This document shows, one piece after another, positions 58,006 through 64,000 of a stretch of DNA of 64,000 nucleotides (the stretch's first letter is position 1; each line of letters starts with the position of its first letter). This DNA is from Clostridia bacterium (lineage in GTDB: Bacteria > Bacillota > Clostridia > TANB77 > UBA1234). Under the pieces are notes generated by a model. That model was given only the letters and a program-made list of their open reading frames with translations, made no database searches and had not been told where the DNA came from. The position numbers and the translations under genes were made by a program. The stretch covers positions 96,242-160,241 of the forward strand of contig JAFTQC010000022.1 of NCBI GenBank assembly GCA_017462965.1, given 5' to 3'.

Positions 58006-58557
58006 GTGATTTTTATGAAATGTCAAAATTGTGGAGAACACGAGGCAAATATTAAGTATATGCAAATGATAAATGGAGAAAAAGATGAGATGTATCTTTG
58101 TGAAAAATGTGCAAAGGATATGAAAATTGATATGAATTTTGATATGCATTTTGGATTTAATAATATCTTTTCTTCGTTATTTGGTGGAGAAACTATTGTA
58201 AAACCAGTTGAGCTTTCTGATGAGCTTTCTTGTGACGTTTGTGGAATGAAATATGATGATTTTGCTACAATCGGAATGCTTGGTTGTGAAAATTGTTATA
58301 AAGTTTTTAACAGACGTTTAGATAATGTTATTAAAAGACTTCATGGAAGCAACCGTCATGTTGAATTATCTCATCATCAAAGACCTAAAGTTAACAGAAA
58401 GAAAGATGCTAATAAAGATGTTAAATCAGAAATTGCCAAGCTTAAAGAAGAAATTGAAAAATGCATTAAAGTTGAGGATTACGAGCAAGCTGCGATACTA
58501 AGAGATAAAATAAAAATTTTAGAAAAGTCATTGGATGAAAGAGAAAGAGGTGAATAA
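58006..58557 (+). CDS. mcsA: McsA (zinc-finger/UVR-domain activator of McsB)
   Basis: CQNCGEHEA...CEKCA and CDVCG...CENCY zinc fingers; UVR motif YEQAAILRDKIKILEK. Confidence 0.85.
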   Translation: MIFMKCQNCGEHEANIKYMQMINGEKDEMYLCEKCAKDMKIDMNFDMHFGFNNIFSSLFGGETIVKPVELSDELSCDVCGMKYDDFATIGMLGCENCYKVFNRRLDNVIKRLHGSNRHVELSHHQRPKVNRKKDANKDVKSEIAKLKEEIEKCIKVEDYEQAAILRDKIKILEKSLDERERGE

Positions 58558-58559
58558 GC

Positions 58560-59561
58560 ATGAGTTGGTATTTTGAAAATGGTCCAGAATCAGATGTCGT
58601 AGTTAGTACAAGAATTAGATTTGCGAGAAATTTGAAAGGATATAAATTTACGTCAGTAGCTGATGAAACAGAACTTAAAAGGGTTTTAGAAAATTTTAAA
58701 GGAAATGGAATGGTTTCAGGACTTCAATACATTAAGCTTGATGATTTAGATGAACTTATGAGAATGAGCTTAGTTGAAAAACATATAATTAGTAGAGATA
58801 TGCTAAAACAAAAAGATGCTGCTGTTTTACTTAATACAGCAGAAGATGTTTGCGTAATGCTAAATGAAGAGGACCATATACGAATTCAAGTTTTAAAACC
58901 TGGATTAGAATTAGAGCAAGCATTAAACGATGCACAAAAAATAGATGATGAAATTGATGAAAAATTAGAATATGCATATAGTGATTTGTATGGTTTCTTG
59001 ACAACTTGTCCAACTAATCTTGGAACAGGTCTTAGAGCATCGGTAATGTTACATTTGCCAGCGCTTAGAATGACAGGAAAAATTGGAAAAGTTATAGATG
59101 TTATTAATAAGGTAAATATAAACGTTAGAGGTGTATACGGTGAAGGAACTGATGCAATTGGAGATATGTATCAAGTTTCGAATAAAATAAGTTTAGGATT
59201 AACAAACTTGGAAATAATTAATAATGTTAAGTCAGTTGTATATAAATTGATAGAACAAGAAAGAAATGCACGTGAATTTTTAAAGTCAAGAGGAATTGAA
59301 TTTGAAGACAAACTTTACAGAGATTTTGGTGCATTATCATGCGCTAAAAAACTTACTTATGCCGAATGTGCAAAGTTAATTTCAATGGTTAAACTTGGCG
59401 TTTCAATGGGAATTATAACAGAAATTGATTCGAGAAAAATCAACGAAATCAACGTCGTTTCAAAATCGGCAACACTTCAAAAATGCATAAAAGAAACTGT
59501 AAGTGCTAAAGAATTAGACATAAAGCGAGCAGAGTTGATACAGAAAATAATACAGAGGTAA
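58560..59561 (+). CDS. mcsB: Protein-arginine kinase McsB
   Basis: Phosphagen-kinase-like CPTNLGTGLRASV motif; operon context. Confidence 0.85.
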   Translation: MSWYFENGPESDVVVSTRIRFARNLKGYKFTSVADETELKRVLENFKGNGMVSGLQYIKLDDLDELMRMSLVEKHIISRDMLKQKDAAVLLNTAEDVCVMLNEEDHIRIQVLKPGLELEQALNDAQKIDDEIDEKLEYAYSDLYGFLTTCPTNLGTGLRASVMLHLPALRMTGKIGKVIDVINKVNINVRGVYGEGTDAIGDMYQVSNKISLGLTNLEIINNVKSVVYKLIEQERNAREFLKSRGIEFEDKLYRDFGALSCAKKLTYAECAKLISMVKLGVSMGIITEIDSRKINEINVVSKSATLQKCIKETVSAKELDIKRAELIQKIIQR

Positions 59562-59566
59562 ATTCG

Positions 59567-59603
59567 AAAAAAGGACAAAAGCCCCGTCCCCTTGTCCTTT
59601 TTT
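59567..59603 (+). terminator. Rho-independent terminator (repeat-family hairpin)
   Basis: aaaaaaggacaa-aagccccgtcccc-ttgtcctttttt. Confidence 0.6.
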
Positions 59604-59620
59604 CAAAAAGGAGGTTTGGT

Positions 59621-62047
59621 ATGGTTTATAAGTTTACGAATAGAGCTGAGAGAGCGATTGCGCTGGCGCAGGAGGTTGCAGGCGAGTTTGGTCACAATTA
59701 TGTAGGGACTGAGCATCTGCTTTGTGGTCTTGTAAGAGAAGGAACTGGACTTGCGTATAAGGTTCTTGAAGAGCAAAATGTAACTGAAGAAAAAATAGAA
59801 GAGTTGATAGAAGAGTTGATTGGTAGAGATGAGCCTTTAAGTATTCCGCCTGATGGATTTACTCCAAGGACGAAACGAGTTTTTGAAACGAGTTTTATCG
59901 AAGCTAAAAGACTGAATAATAATTTTATTGGTACAGAACATCTACTTCTTGGAATTTTAAAAGAAGGGGATAGCGTAGCTTCTAGAATTATTGCAGAACT
60001 TGGTGTTGATATTCAAAAACTATTTTCGACTTTAATAAAAATGCTAACAGACGAAAAGAGTGGTAATACAATAACTCACAAGAAGAATCCTAATAATCAA
60101 ACTCCAACATTAAATCAATTTGGAAAAGATTTGACCTTTGAGGCAAGTGAGGGAAAACTTGATCCGATAATTGGAAGAGAAGAAGAAATTGATAGAATTA
60201 TTCAAATTTTGAGTAGAAGAACAAAGAATAATCCTTGTTTGATTGGTGAACCTGGTGTTGGTAAAACAGCTGTGGTAGAAGGACTTGCTGAAAAAGTTGT
60301 TGCTGGAGAAGTTCCTGAAAATTTGAAAAATAAAAGAGTAGTAACGTTAGATATTTCTTCAATTGTGGCTGGCGCAAAGTATAGAGGAGACTTTGAAGAA
60401 CGACTAAAGAAGTGCCTTCAAGAAATAAAAAAAGCTGGCAATGTAGTTTTATTTATTGATGAAATTCATACGATTGTTGGTGCTGGTGCTGCAGAAGGGG
60501 CAATTGATGCTGCTAATATTTTAAAGCCTTTACTTGCAAGAGCTGAGATTCAGGTGATTGGTGCAACAACTTTAAATGAGTATAGAAAATACATTGAGAA
60601 GGATGCGGCTTTGGAAAGAAGGTTTCAACCAGTATTAGTTGGCGAACCGACTACAGAAGAGGCAATTCAAATTTTGGCTGGAATAAGGGATAAATACGAA
60701 GCGCACCATAAAGTGAAAATAACGGATGATGCTATAAAAGCTGCGGTTGAGTTATCTTCAAGATATGTTAATGATAGATATTTGCCAGATAAGGCAATCG
60801 ATTTGATGGATGAAGCTGCATCAAGAGTGAAATTGCAATCTCTTACTGCTCCAAAAGAAGTTAAGAAAATTGAAGAAAAAATTGCTGAAATTGTAAAAGA
60901 AAAAGAGGATGCAATAAACACTCAAAACTTTGAAAAAGCTGCAAAACTTAGAGATAAAGAGCAAAAAGAAAAGGAAAAATTAGAAAAAGTAAAATTAGAA
61001 TGGACTCAAAAAAATCAAATTGCGACAACTAATGTTACTGAAAATGAAATTGCAGAAGTGATTTCAAAATGGACCAATATTCCGGTAAATAAACTTACTG
61101 AAGCTGAAACTGCAAAACTTAAGAATTTAGAGGAAGAACTTCATAAAAGAGTAATTGGTCAAGAGGTTGCAATCACTGCAGTTAGTAAGGCTGTAAGAAG
61201 AGGAAGAGTTGGACTTAAAGATCCAAAGAGACCGATTGGTTCATTTATTTTCCTTGGACCAACAGGTGTTGGTAAAACTGAAACTTGTAAAGCGCTTGCA
61301 GAATGTTTATTTGGCGATGAAAATTCGATGATAAGAGTTGATATGTCCGAGTACATGGAGAAGCATACAGTTGCAAAGCTTATAGGTTCACCTCCTGGAT
61401 ATGTTGGCTATGAAGAGGGTGGTCAATTAACGGAGAAAGTTAGAAGAAAACCTTATGCGGTAATTTTATTTGATGAAATTGAAAAAGCGCATCCAGATGT
61501 ATTCAATATATTACTTCAAATCTTGGAAGACGGACGATTAACTGATTCTCAAGGAAGACTTGTTGATTTTAAAAATACAGTTATAATTATGACGTCAAAT
61601 GTAGGAGCAAGAAACATTACAGAGCAAAAAACAATAGGTTTTAATAATGCGGAAAATAAAGAAAAAAATTATGAGCAAATAAAAAATGATGTAATGTCAG
61701 AATTGAAAAAAGCCTTCAGACCAGAATTTTTGAACAGGGTTGATGAATTAATAGTATTCAAGCCTTTGGATGAAATGGAAATAGAGAAAATTGTAGAGAT
61801 AATGATAAGAAATTCTACAGGAAGACTAGCTGAAAGAAACATTACTATTGAAGTTACAGATGCAATGAAAAAACACATTGCTAAAAAAGGATTTGATCCA
61901 GCATATGGCGCAAGACCGCTTAGAAGAGCGATACAATCACTAATTGAAGACACATTAGCAGAAGAAATTTTGGATGGAAAAGTTCAAAATGGAAACAATG
62001 TGGTGATAGATTTTGTGGATGAAAAAGTCAGTGTGAAAGTAAAATAA
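59621..62047 (+). CDS. clpC: ATP-dependent Clp protease ATP-binding subunit ClpC
   Basis: Two AAA+ modules (GEPGVGKT twice), N-terminal Clp repeats, UVR-like linker. Confidence 0.95.
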   Translation: MVYKFTNRAERAIALAQEVAGEFGHNYVGTEHLLCGLVREGTGLAYKVLEEQNVTEEKIEELIEELIGRDEPLSIPPDGFTPRTKRVFETSFIEAKRLNNNFIGTEHLLLGILKEGDSVASRIIAELGVDIQKLFSTLIKMLTDEKSGNTITHKKNPNNQTPTLNQFGKDLTFEASEGKLDPIIGREEEIDRIIQILSRRTKNNPCLIGEPGVGKTAVVEGLAEKVVAGEVPENLKNKRVVTLDISSIVAGAKYRGDFEERLKKCLQEIKKAGNVVLFIDEIHTIVGAGAAEGAIDAANILKPLLARAEIQVIGATTLNEYRKYIEKDAALERRFQPVLVGEPTTEEAIQILAGIRDKYEAHHKVKITDDAIKAAVELSSRYVNDRYLPDKAIDLMDEAASRVKLQSLTAPKEVKKIEEKIAEIVKEKEDAINTQNFEKAAKLRDKEQKEKEKLEKVKLEWTQKNQIATTNVTENEIAEVISKWTNIPVNKLTEAETAKLKNLEEELHKRVIGQEVAITAVSKAVRRGRVGLKDPKRPIGSFIFLGPTGVGKTETCKALAECLFGDENSMIRVDMSEYMEKHTVAKLIGSPPGYVGYEEGGQLTEKVRRKPYAVILFDEIEKAHPDVFNILLQILEDGRLTDSQGRLVDFKNTVIIMTSNVGARNITEQKTIGFNNAENKEKNYEQIKNDVMSELKKAFRPEFLNRVDELIVFKPLDEMEIEKIVEIMIRNSTGRLAERNITIEVTDAMKKHIAKKGFDPAYGARPLRRAIQSLIEDTLAEEILDGKVQNGNNVVIDFVDEKVSVKVK

Positions 62048-62102
62048 AATTGGAAATTGGGACGGTTCCTTTTTGGGAGAGGGACCGTCCCAATTTCCAA
62101 AA
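62048..62102 (+). terminator. Rho-independent terminator (repeat-family hairpin)
   Basis: ttggaaattgggacggttcc...ggaccgtcccaatttccaa. Confidence 0.65.
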
Positions 62103-62187
62103 TCGTTTTGCCTCTTGTTTTAAAATTTTCATATATATGATACTATAATTATGGAATAAAAAATATTATAGAGAGGATATATGTGAA

Positions 62188-64000
62188 TATGAATGGAAAA
62201 AAGCTAATTATAGGATTGTTAGTTGTTGTGATTGTATTGTTAGCAGGCAATTTGTATTTCTTAATAAAAGGTCAGAATGGTTTTGAAAATAATTTGCCAA
62301 TAAATAATTCTGGTGATGTTATAAATTCTGAGAATAATGAAAATTCGGGAGATTATAAAGAATCTGGGGATGCAGAGTTTGTTGAGAGTGGTGAAATCGC
62401 ACCATCAGTTATAGAAAAAGAAGAAGTCGAAATAATTCCTGAAGAGGTTGAAATGCCGATAAATGGGGAATACGATGTTATAGTTTTTGGTGCGGAACCT
62501 GAAGGAATTGTTACAGCAATTTCAGCTGCAAGAAATAATTTAGATGTGTTATTGGTGGAAAAGAGAGATGGCCCTGGCGGGCTTATGACGTATGCTATGC
62601 TTAACACAATTGATATGAATCAAAATGTGTATGGAGAACTTTTAAGCCAGGGTATTTTTGAAGAGTTTTATGAAAAAATCGGTAATAACGAATCGTTTGA
62701 TGTTGAACTTGCGAAGGATGCTTTTGAAGATATGCTTGATGATGAAGAAAATATTACAGTGATGTATGAGGTTGAAGAATACACGGTTGGTTCTACTGGA
62801 ACTGAGATTGAGTATGCGATGATTGATGGTGAAAAGTATGTTGCAAAAGCGTATATTGATTGTACTCAAGATGCTGATATAACGGTAGCTGCAGGTGCTG
62901 AATATGTTGTTGGTTGGGAAGATGTAAATGAAAAAAATAGAATCATGTCGGCTACTTTAGTTATACATATGGACAATGTTGATTGGGATAAAGCTTGCGA
63001 AACGATTAGAGTTGAGGCTAGACCAAATACAGGGTATTCTGACGACAGCATTTGGGCGTTTGGAAATATTACAGAGACGTATGTTCCGAAGCAAACTAAT
63101 ATGAGATTAAAAGCTTTAAACATAGGAAAGCAAAATGATGGAAGTGTTCTTATAAATTCGCTTCAAATAATAAATGCAAATATGCTTGATGAAGATGCAA
63201 AGGAGAGAGCATATAAGAAATGTGTAAAAGAAGCTGAATATGTAGCTGAATTTTTAAAGGCGAATGTTCCAGGGTTTGAAAAGTCAAAATTAGTTGGTGT
63301 TGCACCGGAGCTTTATGTCAGAGAAACTAGACATATAATAGGTGAATATAGACTTACAGTAAAGGATATATTAGAATCAACAACTTTTACAAATACTATA
63401 GGACACGCTTGTTATCCAATTGATGTTCAAACAACTAGTATTTATGATTATGGATACATAATTGGTGCGCCTATACAATATTCAATTCCAATGGGAACAA
63501 TAATTCCAAAAGGATTTACGAATCTACTTACAATAGGACGTTCTGGATCATACACTTCAATTGCAGCAGGTTCTGCAAGAGTAATACCTACAGGAATGAC
63601 ACTTGGAGAGGCAGCTGGAATAATAGCTGCGGTATCGATTGAAAAGAATATAGATTTTCAAGAAATTCTGAAAAATATATCTACTACGAAGGACATTCAA
63701 AAAAGAATGACAATGCAAGGAATGTACTTAAATAAAGAATCTAAGCCAGTTGTAGACGTCGATGGAAGGTATTATGATTTCATAATAGAAATGTGTGAGA
63801 AGGGAATATTAAGTTTGGGATATGATAATAAATTCAATCCAGAAGAGACAATGTCAGAGAGGGAGTTTATAGTATTTCTTCAAACATATTTAAAGAGAAG
63901 TTTTATTGCTGAGGAATATTGGAAGACGGAACATATAAACTTGCTTGATGCTAGTGAAGAACCAATTACACCGAATAGAGCAAGAGAAATTATGGCGGAT
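62188..64000 (+). CDS. FAD-dependent oxidoreductase-family protein with N-terminal TM anchor (partial, continues past window end)
   Basis: MNGKKLIIGLLVVVIVLLAG TM; DVIVFGAEPEGIVTAISAA dinucleotide-binding motif; open to window end. Confidence 0.6.

Noticed and set aside
62353-63123. Minus-strand ORFs 62353-62607, 62642-62869 and 62866-63123
   Set aside because: They overlap the well-supported plus-strand FAD-oxidoreductase gene that runs to the window end. They have no RBS or motifs.
1-64000. tRNA or rRNA genes
   Set aside because: No rRNA-like stretches were found. The only tRNA-like element (T-arm GTTCGATTC plus CCA) is the 3' domain of the tmRNA at 29968-30331.

Overview
Scope: this is an AT-rich, low-GC Firmicutes-type chromosome segment, and everything below comes from reading the sequence and the ORF track by eye. 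No database search or computation was run.

Prophage: positions 1 to about 29,967 are a siphovirus-type prophage. It starts with a tyrosine integrase whose N-terminus lies at 357 and whose body runs off the left edge. It continues through a cI/cro switch with repeated operators, SSB, a replisome organiser, dUTPase, a late activator, HNH plus TerS/TerL (cos-type packaging), an HK97-type portal/protease/capsid head module, tail genes with a canonical G/GT -1 frameshift, a tape measure, duplicated fibre-like paralogs and an XhlA-holin-NlpC/P60 lysis cassette. Its right end abuts an intact tmRNA (ssrA, minus strand, 29968-30331).

Four phage genes are broken by 1-nt frame shifts: a small integrase-like gene (twice), the tape measure N-terminus, and the endolysin N-terminus. 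This suggests either a decaying prophage or homopolymer sequencing errors.

Host backbone: recognisable host genes include a 3D-domain protein, CorA, a CoaD-CoaE fusion, an AI-2E transporter, Fe-ADH, LexA, a B12/radical-SAM protein and ctsR-mcsA-mcsB-clpC. Two striking unexplained signals sit in the host part.

(1) A pervasive family of GC-rich palindromic intergenic repeats built from a small vocabulary (GGGACGCCCC, GGGACAGCCC, GGGACGG(T/G)C, GACGGACGTCC). It includes about 100-200 bp compound inverted repeats with AT-rich centres. Most copies double as terminators. None occurs in the prophage.

(2) Islands of visibly GC-rich coding sequence. The most notable is a convergent pair of multi-zinc-ribbon proteins followed by a three-gene minus-strand operon: a protein of unknown, possibly kinase-like, fold; a vWA/MIDAS protein; and a divergent adenylosuccinate-synthetase (PurA)-like enzyme. 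This operon is my best candidate for an undescribed, possibly conflict- or nucleotide-signalling, system.

Other candidates: a prophage lysogeny-module protein with an N-terminal soluble domain and two TM helices; a membrane-anchored DEDDh exonuclease; and a P-loop ATPase-CYTH fusion.
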